From: Candidatus Omnitrophota bacterium
Lineage (GTDB): Bacteria; Ratteibacteria; UBA8468; MWAK01
DNA: 17,995 nt
Direction of reading: 5' to 3'
Assembly: GCA_043797665.1 (NCBI GenBank)
Contig: JAZDPL010000022.1
Coordinates: 1-17,995, forward strand
A model generated the notes under the pieces. It saw only the letters and a list, made by a program, of their open reading frames with translations, made no database searches and had not been told where the DNA came from. The position numbers were made by a program, and so were the translations under genes. Every line of letters starts with the position of its first letter. Position 1 is the first letter of the stretch. Shown here one piece after another: positions 1-7,326 of the stretch.

Positions 1-17
1 AAAATACTGTATTCATC

Positions 18-84
18 TGTCATTCTGAACGACAGTGAAGAATCTCAAAATAGGGATTCTTCGCAAAAGCGGCTCAGAATGACA
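18..84. repeat. TGTC/GACA-tagged palindromic (REP-like) element, copy A
   Basis: Terminal inverted repeats TGTCATTCTGA (18-28) / TCAGAATGACA (74-84), with inner arms GAAGAATC / GATTCTTC. 18-45 matches the reverse complement of 7378-7405 at 27 of 28 positions. An outer pair AAAATACT (1-8) / AGTATTTT (91-98) is also present. Confidence 0.85.
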
Positions 85-166
85 ACAAAAAGTATTTTTC
101 TCTCTTACCACTACTATTTTTTAGGAAAACTTAACTGTTACGCCCACTGCATAAGAAATTTCAGGG

Positions 167-172
167 TATAAT
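167..172 (+). promoter_or_regulatory. Putative sigma70 -10 box; possibly leaderless transcript of the AAA operon
   Basis: Perfect TATAAT ending 8 nt before ATG 181. No Shine-Dalgarno and no convincing -35. Confidence 0.4.
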
Positions 173-180
173 ACCATATT

Positions 181-1728
181 ATGGATATACTCAAGGAGAT
201 TGATGTTCTCATCCGGGCACGTTACCCCATTATCTACATCATTTCCTGGGAAGAAACCCGGGTTACTGAAGAATTAGCCAAGATAGGCAGCAGCCGGGGA
301 AAGAAAACTTATATCTGGACCATTGACCGCGGTCTTCTGCCCTACGGAACACCGCTCCAGAGCGAAAAATTACTTGATACCACCAAGGACCCCCTCAACG
401 CTATCGAGACCGTAACAAAAAGCACGGAGTCCGCGATTTACATCTTTGAAGACTTTCACCCCTTTTTAGGGGACCCGGTTGTTATCCGGAAATTAAGAAC
501 TCTTTCCTGCATTCTCACCAAGAGCCACAAGACACTGATTCTATTATCGCCTTTACTCAAACTTCCCCCGGAGTTAGAAAAGAACGTTACCGTACTCGAT
601 TTTGACCTTCCGGATATCGCAGACCTGGATCGCCTGATTGACCGGATTGTCGCCCAGGTCAAAGACAACCCCCAGGTTTCCCTCAACTTAGATACGCGAA
701 CGAGGGAACAGATAATCCGGGCCGCCCTGGGATTGACGACGGAAGAAGCGGAAAACGCTTTCGCCAAGGCAATCGTTCTTAACAACCGGTTAGGACCGGA
801 AGAGATTCCCCTCATCCTCTCGGAAAAGAAACAGATTATCAGAAAGAGCGGACTTTTAGAGTATTGCGCAAGTGAAGAATCTTTAGAAAATGTCGGCGGT
901 TTAGATATCCTCAAAGACTGGCTGGGAAAGAGGAACTTAGCGTTCTCAAAAGAAGCGCAAAACTTTGGATTACCCGAACCCAAAGGGATTCTTTTACTGG
1001 GGGTACAGGGCTGCGGTAAAAGTCTTTGCGCTAAAGCGGTCTCTTCGTTATGGAAGATGCCTCTTTTACGGCTGGATATGGGAAAAATATTCAGCAGTCT
1101 GGTGGGTTCTTCGGAAGAAAATACCCGCAAGGCAATCAGCATCGCCGAATCCATTGCACCGGATATTCTCTGGATAGATGAGATTGAAAAGGCTTTTGCC
1201 GGCACCCAGAGTTCCACCTTTTCTGATGCGGGAACCACGGCCCGGGTCTTTGGCGGTTTCATCAGCTGGCTCCAGGAAAAGAAAACGCCGGTCTTTGTTA
1301 TCGCCACCGCCAATAATATTGAGCAACTCCCTCCGGAACTTATGAGAAAGGGCCGGTTTGATGAAATCTTCTTTGTGGACCTACCCAGGCCGGAAGAGAG
1401 AAAAGAAATTTTTTCCATCCACCTTAAGAAACGCAAGCGTAATCCGGAAAAATTTGACCTGGAGAAAATAGCACGGGTTTCCGTAGGATTTAGCGGTGCG
1501 GAGATTGAGCAGGTGGTCATTTCCGCGCTCTTTGATGCTTTTCAAGCCGGTAAAGATATCACCACCGATTTCCTCCTTAATAGCATCAAACAGACGGTGC
1601 CCCTTTCGGTGACGATGAAGGAGAACCTTGACAATTTGCGAAACTGGGCGGCTACCCGGTGCCGGCCGGCCTCTTCCCCGGGAGAGATTGAAGAATTACC
1701 TGATCTGGGAAGAAAATTAGAGTTGTAG
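181..1728 (+). CDS. AAA+ ATPase, Ycf46-like family (degenerate N-terminal AAA-like domain plus intact C-terminal AAA domain)
   Basis: 515 aa. Walker A GVQGCGKS, Walker B ILWIDEIEK, sensor ATAN and Arg finger ELMRKGRFDE. The N-terminus has the Ycf46-type RARYPIIY..EE.R and DFHPFL motifs, and the linker has EKKQIIRKSGLLE. Confidence 0.92.
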   Translation: MDILKEIDVLIRARYPIIYIISWEETRVTEELAKIGSSRGKKTYIWTIDRGLLPYGTPLQSEKLLDTTKDPLNAIETVTKSTESAIYIFEDFHPFLGDPVVIRKLRTLSCILTKSHKTLILLSPLLKLPPELEKNVTVLDFDLPDIADLDRLIDRIVAQVKDNPQVSLNLDTRTREQIIRAALGLTTEEAENAFAKAIVLNNRLGPEEIPLILSEKKQIIRKSGLLEYCASEESLENVGGLDILKDWLGKRNLAFSKEAQNFGLPEPKGILLLGVQGCGKSLCAKAVSSLWKMPLLRLDMGKIFSSLVGSSEENTRKAISIAESIAPDILWIDEIEKAFAGTQSSTFSDAGTTARVFGGFISWLQEKKTPVFVIATANNIEQLPPELMRKGRFDEIFFVDLPRPEERKEIFSIHLKKRKRNPEKFDLEKIARVSVGFSGAEIEQVVISALFDAFQAGKDITTDFLLNSIKQTVPLSVTMKENLDNLRNWAATRCRPASSPGEIEELPDLGRKLEL

Positions 1729-1911
1729 ATGAAAAACAAAATAATGACCCCTCCGGGAACTGAGGTGACCATTATCATCGACCGGGAAGGCAAGGTAATT
1801 TTTCAGAACTTACCCGAAGAGATGTTAGAGGTTGCCCAGGCGATATCCGGCAAAAACAAAACCGCCTTAAGAAGAAATATGTGGAAAAGACAGGTAGGGA
1901 AAAGAAGATGA
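1729..1911 (+). CDS. Small hypothetical protein with DUF2997-like N-terminal hairpin
   Basis: 60 aa. Starts directly after the AAA stop (TAGATG), and its stop overlaps the next ATG (ATGA). EVTIIIDREGKV resembles ELEIEIDSSGEV of the DUF2997 protein. Alternative start at 1744. Confidence 0.7.
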   Translation: MKNKIMTPPGTEVTIIIDREGKVIFQNLPEEMLEVAQAISGKNKTALRRNMWKRQVGKRR

Positions 1912-2366
1912 GCGCCATTTGTGTAATCACTCCATTAATCTCGGCTGCCTGGCCGGCATTTTCCAGTGCTATTTTAGGAGCAGCCACCGCTTTAGGCTTT
2001 TCCCAATTGAATAAGGCTGACCTCAAAGAAACATCGCAGACGAATGAGACGGTGGAGATTGAGATGAAAAACAGCCATATCATTTCCGAGTCGCTTACCC
2101 GGGAAGAAGAAGCCTCTTTTTCCCGTGAGGGGATAACCATCACTTTCCGGAAAGATGTACGCGGCCGTTGTGGAATCCTGGTCTCCGGAGAAGGTAAAAC
2201 AAAAGAAGAGTTGAAGGCAATCGGCACGGAAGTCTGCCGGAAGATTATCCAGGATTATGTACGCAGTAAAATTATGAATGAGTTGAAAAAGAAAGGCTTT
2301 AAATTAGCAGCGGAAGAGGTTACCGAAAACAAGACTATTCGTTTAACGGTAAGAAAGTGGGGATGA
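1908..2366 (+). CDS. DUF1257 (Ycf35-like) family protein
   Basis: 152 aa from ATG 1908 (ATGA overlap). The C-terminus KIIQDYVRSKIMNELKKKGFKLAAEEVTENKTIRLTVRKW fits the DUF1257 pattern. DUF1257 is a usual neighbour of Ycf46-like AAA and DUF2997 genes. Confidence 0.75.
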   Translation: MSAICVITPLISAAWPAFSSAILGAATALGFSQLNKADLKETSQTNETVEIEMKNSHIISESLTREEEASFSREGITITFRKDVRGRCGILVSGEGKTKEELKAIGTEVCRKIIQDYVRSKIMNELKKKGFKLAAEEVTENKTIRLTVRKWG

Positions 2367-2584
2367 ATATGGCCGGTAAAGAGGAACTGGAAATCGAGAT
2401 TGATAGTTCCGGTGAAGTCAGGGTCCATATTAAAGGCGTAAAAGGCAAGAACTGCCTCCAATACGCTAAATTATTGGAAAAGGCTTTAGGGGAAATTAAA
2501 GGACAAGAACTGACTTCCGAATATTACGAACCGGAACCTCCGGTTAAGATAATTGAACCCATTCAGGAAAAAAGAGTCGGATAA
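2363..2584 (+). CDS. DUF2997 family protein
   Basis: 73 aa (ATGA overlap; alternative ATG 2369). IEIDSSGEV..HIKGVKGKNC......LEKALG......LTSEYYE matches the DUF2997 pattern. Confidence 0.85.
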   Translation: MNMAGKEELEIEIDSSGEVRVHIKGVKGKNCLQYAKLLEKALGEIKGQELTSEYYEPEPPVKIIEPIQEKRVG

Positions 2585-3586
2585 ATGGCCTGCCCCCACT
2601 GCGGCTTTGACAACCCGGAAGGAAGCATCCGGTGCGCCAGGTGTCAAAGCATTTTAGATGCTTCCGGAATCTCCCAAATCTATCCCGGCCGTTCTCACAT
2701 CCCCCCCTCCCAGAGAGTCCGGAGCGCTTACTGGCAAGCCAGGAAATACCGGGTACAAAAAAAGTTCCAGAACGCATATAAGTTGCGGACAGTCTCGTCT
2801 TTCTTCGTTCCCGGGCTGGGCCAGTTTCTTGCGGGAGAAAAACGGAAAGGCATCTTAATATTTCTATCCTGCATATTTTTGTTACTTTTGGGCTGGCCAT
2901 TTCGCGGAGGGTTCCCTGCCAATCTGTTATTGTCTATCCTGCTTTCAATCCACGGTTATAGCGTCCTTGACACCCTGCGGCACCATCTTTTAACGGTAAG
3001 CCTGGTCAACCGTGTTTTACTTTCCATTTTAATTACCGGCAGTCTCTTTATCTATTATTTAGCCGCAGAGAGGATTCCAGCTGAGATTTACCACTTTCAG
3101 ATCAGGCGGATTGACTCCGACCTCTTGCAACCTATTCTTCAGAGAAATGATATAATTATAATAACGGAAACCGCCCACTTACATCAGAAACCTCAGAGAG
3201 GAGATTTGATAGCCTTTGGAACCATGAGGAGTCTTACTATACCCGAACGGCTACGGCAGACAAACGAAGCGATAATATTTTCCGGGCAGTCTACCATCGG
3301 TTCTCTCATCGGTTTTCCGGAAGAAGAGATTATGGTTCACGACGAAAGAATATTTGTTAATGGGAAACCTTTAGAGCACGAGATGTGGCGCTTTAGTCTA
3401 TCCGGAATACCTGAAGGGTACCAGGTGAAAGTCCCCTCTAATTCCTATCTTGCTCTGGGAGGATTCTCGATTCAGGGAGGGGGACCAACAAGCGACCTGG
3501 TAATAATACCCGAACATTTAGTCCTTGGTAAAGTAGCCAGGGTCTTAAAACCACTTTTTCTAATAAGAAATCCTTGCCGTGTATGA
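2585..3586 (+). CDS. Zinc ribbon + multi-pass membrane + signal peptidase I (S26)-like domain protein, predicted catalytically inactive
   Basis: 333 aa. N-terminal CPHC..CARC, then a PGLGQ motif and 3-4 hydrophobic helices. S26 scaffold motifs follow: PQRGDLIAF, IGFPEEEI, IFVNGKPL, VPSNSYLALG. Confidence 0.8.
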   Translation: MACPHCGFDNPEGSIRCARCQSILDASGISQIYPGRSHIPPSQRVRSAYWQARKYRVQKKFQNAYKLRTVSSFFVPGLGQFLAGEKRKGILIFLSCIFLLLLGWPFRGGFPANLLLSILLSIHGYSVLDTLRHHLLTVSLVNRVLLSILITGSLFIYYLAAERIPAEIYHFQIRRIDSDLLQPILQRNDIIIITETAHLHQKPQRGDLIAFGTMRSLTIPERLRQTNEAIIFSGQSTIGSLIGFPEEEIMVHDERIFVNGKPLEHEMWRFSLSGIPEGYQVKVPSNSYLALGGFSIQGGGPTSDLVIIPEHLVLGKVARVLKPLFLIRNPCRV

Positions 3587-4344
3587 GTGAGGTAAACGGC
3601 AGATTTGACCGGCTGGAACTGCCAGACGGGAAAAAAGGAGTACCTTGGCCGGAAGAAGAAAGGGACTCTTTTCTTTGCCTGGAATCAGCGGACAATAACT
3701 ATTACCAGGGGTTTTTTGAATTGGCTCTGCGCGAATATGCCCGGGCCCTGAAGTACAACAAGGGGCTGATTCCTGCCTGGGTGGGACAGGTAAAAAGCCT
3801 TTTGGATTTAAAAGAGATACCCGAAGCAGAAGTCTGGGTAAACAATGCCTTAAGTTATTTCCCTAAATCCGCCGAACTTCTGGCGGCTAAGGCTGCGGTC
3901 CTCTGCGAACAGGGCAAGGTGGAAGAAGCCATGGTTTATTCCGACAACTCTCTGGGAAACGAGAGCTCGGCAGAAAATTCCTGGTATCCCTGGGTTGTCC
4001 GGAGCAGACTTCTCTTTTTTATGCGCGGGAAAAAGACCGCTAAAATCTGTCTGGAAAAAGCGGTTGAGGAGAATCCCAATAACTGGCGACTGCTTATGGA
4101 AGTAGGTAAGGTCTATCTTAAATATCGACGGTTTATCGAAGCGCTCCTTTCTTTTAATAAAGCCAGGGACATAGAACCGGGCAATGCATTTCTATGGTTC
4201 TACCTGGCAAAGTGTCACCAGGGTTTGCACAACCGGTCCCAGGTCAGATTATGCTGTGAACGGGCTCTGGAACTGAGGTGTGAATTCCCCGAGGTTCAGG
4301 AATTGTTGAATTCCTGCCGGGAAAAATTCTGGGCTTTCAGATAA
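3583..4344 (+). CDS. Tetratricopeptide repeat protein
   Basis: 253 aa from ATG 3583 (ATGA overlap). Repeated TPR patterns such as ALREYARALKYN, EALLSFNKARDIEPGNAFLWFYLAKC and CERALEL. Confidence 0.88.
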   Translation: MSEVNGRFDRLELPDGKKGVPWPEEERDSFLCLESADNNYYQGFFELALREYARALKYNKGLIPAWVGQVKSLLDLKEIPEAEVWVNNALSYFPKSAELLAAKAAVLCEQGKVEEAMVYSDNSLGNESSAENSWYPWVVRSRLLFFMRGKKTAKICLEKAVEENPNNWRLLMEVGKVYLKYRRFIEALLSFNKARDIEPGNAFLWFYLAKCHQGLHNRSQVRLCCERALELRCEFPEVQELLNSCREKFWAFR

Positions 4345-4358
4345 GGGGCAACCCCTAA
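4342..4358. repeat. Short hairpin AGGGG-CAA-CCCCT at a stop codon
   Basis: 5-bp stem at 4344-4356. GGCAACCCCTAA (4347-4358) recurs inverted as TTAGGGGTTGCC at 12534-12545, also at a stop codon. Confidence 0.45.
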
Positions 4359-4360
4359 CG

Positions 4361-5416
4361 ATGAAGATAGAGGATATTCTAAAAAAGGGTGTTGAAGAAT
4401 GGGCATCAGACGTGCACTTTGTGGTCGGAGTCCCTCCTTCTTTGCGGATTAACGGTGAAATTATCTTTACGGAATTACCTCCTCTTACTCCGGAAGAATC
4501 TAAAAACCTGACTTACGGCATTTTAACCAAAGACCAGATTAAGCAGTTTGAAGAAACACGGGAACTTGATTTCTCCTTTACTTTGCCAGACCTCGGAAGA
4601 TTCCGGGTTAATGTATATAAAGAAAAAGGAGCGGTAGAAAGCGCCTTCCGGGTTATCGGACTAAAAACAAAGAGTTTACAAGAACTTGGTCTGCCACCGG
4701 TCGTAGGGGAACTGGCTTCAAAACCCAGAGGAATGGTTCTTATCTCCGGACCTGCGGGTATGGGTAAAACCACTACTATGGCTGCTATGATCGATTTCGT
4801 CAACGAAACAACGCGTTCCCGGATTATCACGATTGAAGACCCGATAGAATATTTGCATACCCATAAGAAAAGCGTCGTTATCCAGCGCGAGGTCGGATTA
4901 AGTTCCGGAAGTGATACCAAATCCTTTTCTGCCGCTTTAATCCACGCTTTGCGTCAGGACCCCAATATCATCTGTATCGGTGAGATGCGGGACCTGGATA
5001 CGTTTTCCGTGGCGCTGACCGCAGCGGAAACCGGTCATTTAGTCATGGGAACCATCCATACGCCCGGCAGCATTCAGACTATCAGCCGGATTGCCGATGT
5101 CTTCCCGCCCTATCAGCAACAACAGGTCCGGATTCAATTAGCCGATACTTTGGTAGGAGTTATCTCCCAGATTCTCCTGCCTAAATTCAACGGCGAAGGT
5201 AGGGTTCTGGCTACCGAGATTCTCGTGTGTACACCTGCCATCAGCCATTTAATCCGGGAAAATAAATTAGAGCAGATTGCCACCCATATTCAAACCGGTG
5301 CGGCATTGGGTATGCATATGATGGACGAAAGCCTCAAAGAGTTGTACCAAACCGGCGTCATTGACTACGACACCGCGTTATCCAAAGCTCAGGATGTTAA
5401 GTCTTTACAGAGATAA
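4361..5416 (+). CDS. pilT: Type IV pilus retraction ATPase, PilT/PilU family
   Basis: 351 aa. ASDVHF, GRFRVN, Walker A GPAGMGKTTT, Asp box TIEDPIE, ALRQDP..IGEMRD, His box GHLVMGTIHT and AIRNLIRE-like AISHLIRE. Confidence 0.93.
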   Translation: MKIEDILKKGVEEWASDVHFVVGVPPSLRINGEIIFTELPPLTPEESKNLTYGILTKDQIKQFEETRELDFSFTLPDLGRFRVNVYKEKGAVESAFRVIGLKTKSLQELGLPPVVGELASKPRGMVLISGPAGMGKTTTMAAMIDFVNETTRSRIITIEDPIEYLHTHKKSVVIQREVGLSSGSDTKSFSAALIHALRQDPNIICIGEMRDLDTFSVALTAAETGHLVMGTIHTPGSIQTISRIADVFPPYQQQQVRIQLADTLVGVISQILLPKFNGEGRVLATEILVCTPAISHLIRENKLEQIATHIQTGAALGMHMMDESLKELYQTGVIDYDTALSKAQDVKSLQR

Positions 5417-5421
5417 CTCCC

Positions 5422-6033
5422 ATGATGAACCAGATTGAGGGGCTGTACGGAGAACTTAAGAAGAATTACGGAAAACCAAAAGGACAGTGGAGCCTGTGGT
5501 GCAAAAGACCAAAGACAGAGAAAGAGAAGGAACAGGTAATTATAGAGTCTATCCTCACCCAGCGGGCAAACTGGAAGAACGTACAGCTGGCAACCGAAAA
5601 TCTGAAGAAGGCCGGGATTTGCAGTCTGAAAAACATCCTGGCGACTGAAACGGAAAGGTTAGCCCTCCTTATCCGGCCCTCAGGATTCTACCAACAGAAA
5701 GCCGAACGGCTTAAAAACCTCTGCCGGTTTATCTTAGGGACCTGGGGAGGGATAAAGAAGATAAGAAAGATACCCACCGGGAGGATGCGTACGGAACTTC
5801 TATCTCTGAACGGTATCGGCCCGGAGACCGCAGACGACATTCTCCTCTACGCCTTCCAGCGTCCGGTCTTTGTGATTGATGAGTATACCCGGAGGAAGGC
5901 AAAGAAACTCTCCCTTAGTAAGACGTTCGGTTACCAGGCGCTCCAGGAGTTGTTTGAAAGGAATATCAGTAAGGATTATCGACTCTACCAGGATTTTCAT
6001 GCGCTTATCGTTATTGACGGGAAGGAAAAATAG
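5422..6033 (+). CDS. HhH-GPD DNA glycosylase (endonuclease III-related), no C-terminal 4Fe-4S motif
   Basis: 203 aa. ILTQRANWKNV, IRPSGFYQQKA, HhH LLSLNGIGPETADDILLYA and VFVIDEY. Ends at FHALIVIDGKEK with no Cys cluster. Confidence 0.88.
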   Translation: MMNQIEGLYGELKKNYGKPKGQWSLWCKRPKTEKEKEQVIIESILTQRANWKNVQLATENLKKAGICSLKNILATETERLALLIRPSGFYQQKAERLKNLCRFILGTWGGIKKIRKIPTGRMRTELLSLNGIGPETADDILLYAFQRPVFVIDEYTRRKAKKLSLSKTFGYQALQELFERNISKDYRLYQDFHALIVIDGKEK

Positions 6034-6037
6034 GCGG

Positions 6038-6089
6038 TGTAGGGGTCGGATTCATCCGACCCGCGGGCTTGATGAATCAAGCCCCTACA
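6038..6089. repeat. GTAG-tagged REP doublet (REPIN/BIME-like), intergenic copy
   Basis: T-GTAG-GGGTCGGAT-TC-ATCCGACCC-GC-GGGCTTGAT-GA-ATCAAGCCC-CTAC-A: two hairpins bracketed by GTAG/CTAC. Identical to 15563-15614 at 47 of 52 positions. Confidence 0.92.
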
Positions 6090-6150
6090 ATTTCCCCTAA
6101 AACCATTGATATTCAATGACTTAAAAAGGAAATTTTTACGCGATCGAGTT

Positions 6151-7326
6151 ATGATTAAAAGAGGGGTTGCGACCTTTACGCTGGATACCGGAAAGTGTCC
6201 GCGCTGGCTCTTTGAACGGATGGTGAGGTTGGGACGCCAGATGGTGGAGGTTATCGTGGAGGAGTATAGCCCGGATGAGTTTGTGGCACGCATCGCTGAC
6301 CCGGTCTGGTTCCAGTCGTTGGGGACGGTCCTGGCTTTTGACTGGAACGCCTCCGGACTCACCACCATCCTGACCGCAGCGTTAAAGGAATCGGTTCGCG
6401 GCCAGGAGAAGAGATTGGGTCTCTTTATCTGCGGTGGTAAAGGAAAGACCTCGCTCAAAACCCCGGATGAGATTGAAAGGTGGGGTGAGCATACCCCTCT
6501 GCCGGGACCAAAGGTCAATAACTTAGTCTACAATTCACGGATGGCCGCCAAAGTAGACAGTGCTCTCATTCAGGACGGGTTCCAGATTTATCACCACGCT
6601 TTCTTCTTTTCCCGGAACGGCGCCTGGGCGGTGGTACAGCAGGGGATGAACAGCAATAACCAGACCGCCCGGCGGTACCACTGGCATTCGGATAAGGTAA
6701 CCGATCTTGTCTGCGAACCTCATTCCGGTATCGTAAGCCGGAACCGGGTGGCAACCCTGGACCTGACCAGCCGGAAAAGCGGAAATACCCGTGAGGTAAG
6801 TACTCAGTTGGTTCAGGGCAATTACCCGGGGCTGATGAAGGATATCAAGATATTGCGTAAACATTCCAGCGGTCTTTCTAAGATGATGGCGGTCAGACAG
6901 GGACAATCCATCCGTAATGGACAGCAGGAACTGGTCTTCCTGCAGTTAGAAAATACCGAGTTTAATTATCATCCGGTGGTGAAGGAGAACTTTTCCCGAA
7001 GTAAATACTTAGAGAGAATCCTTTACAAGGTCTGCGGAACCAAACCGGAAAACTACGAACGGCTCCTCTCTTTGGAAGGTGTCGGACCAAAGACGATGCG
7101 CGCCTTAAGTTTGGTCTCTGAGGTCATCTACGGAGCCAAACCCTCTTACGAAGACCCGGCCCGGTACTCTTTTGCCCTGGGCGGAAAGGATAGTACGCCC
7201 TATCCGGTTGACCGCAGGACTTATGACGAGACGATAGAATTTTTCCGCCGGGTCATCCGGCGGATGAAACTCCCGCCTTCCGAAAAAAGAGGAATGATGG
7301 TAAAATTAAATAAGGCTGAAGGTTAA
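6151..7326 (+). CDS. DUF763 family protein
   Basis: 391 aa from ATG 6151. Motifs GKCPRWLFERM, ADPVWFQSLG.VLAFDW..SGLTT, CGGKGK.S, AKVDSALIQDGFQIYHH, VVQQGMN, ARRYHW and DPARYSFALGGKD..PYPVDR. HhH-like LEGVGPKT. Confidence 0.9.
   Translation: MIKRGVATFTLDTGKCPRWLFERMVRLGRQMVEVIVEEYSPDEFVARIADPVWFQSLGTVLAFDWNASGLTTILTAALKESVRGQEKRLGLFICGGKGKTSLKTPDEIERWGEHTPLPGPKVNNLVYNSRMAAKVDSALIQDGFQIYHHAFFFSRNGAWAVVQQGMNSNNQTARRYHWHSDKVTDLVCEPHSGIVSRNRVATLDLTSRKSGNTREVSTQLVQGNYPGLMKDIKILRKHSSGLSKMMAVRQGQSIRNGQQELVFLQLENTEFNYHPVVKENFSRSKYLERILYKVCGTKPENYERLLSLEGVGPKTMRALSLVSEVIYGAKPSYEDPARYSFALGGKDSTPYPVDRRTYDETIEFFRRVIRRMKLPPSEKRGMMVKLNKAEG

Noticed and set aside
18..84. Palindromic repeats as a CRISPR array or integron attC sites
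   Set aside because: No regularly spaced direct repeats with spacers, no cas or integrase gene, and no RYYYAAC/GTTRRRY ends.
456..1520. 354-aa minus-strand ORF
   Set aside because: Antisense shadow of the well-supported AAA ATPase; Ser/Arg-rich with no recognisable motifs.
2585..3586. Annotation as functional signal peptidase I (lepB)
   Set aside because: The catalytic Ser, Lys and the GDN box are all absent.
5876..6100. 74-aa ORF containing CRGRIHPTRGLDESSPYN
   Set aside because: Out of frame within the glycosylase gene. Its similarity to the GT2 comes only from the shared REP element.
6104..6118. FNR/CRP box
   Set aside because: Half-site spacing (TTGA-N3-TCAA) does not match TTGAT-N4-ATCAA.
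6106..6150. Longer starts in the ORF track (6106; also 1881, 2357, 3574, 8562, 11089, 15455, 17206)
   Set aside because: Downstream ATGs fit better with stop/start overlaps, RBS position or the family's usual N-terminus.
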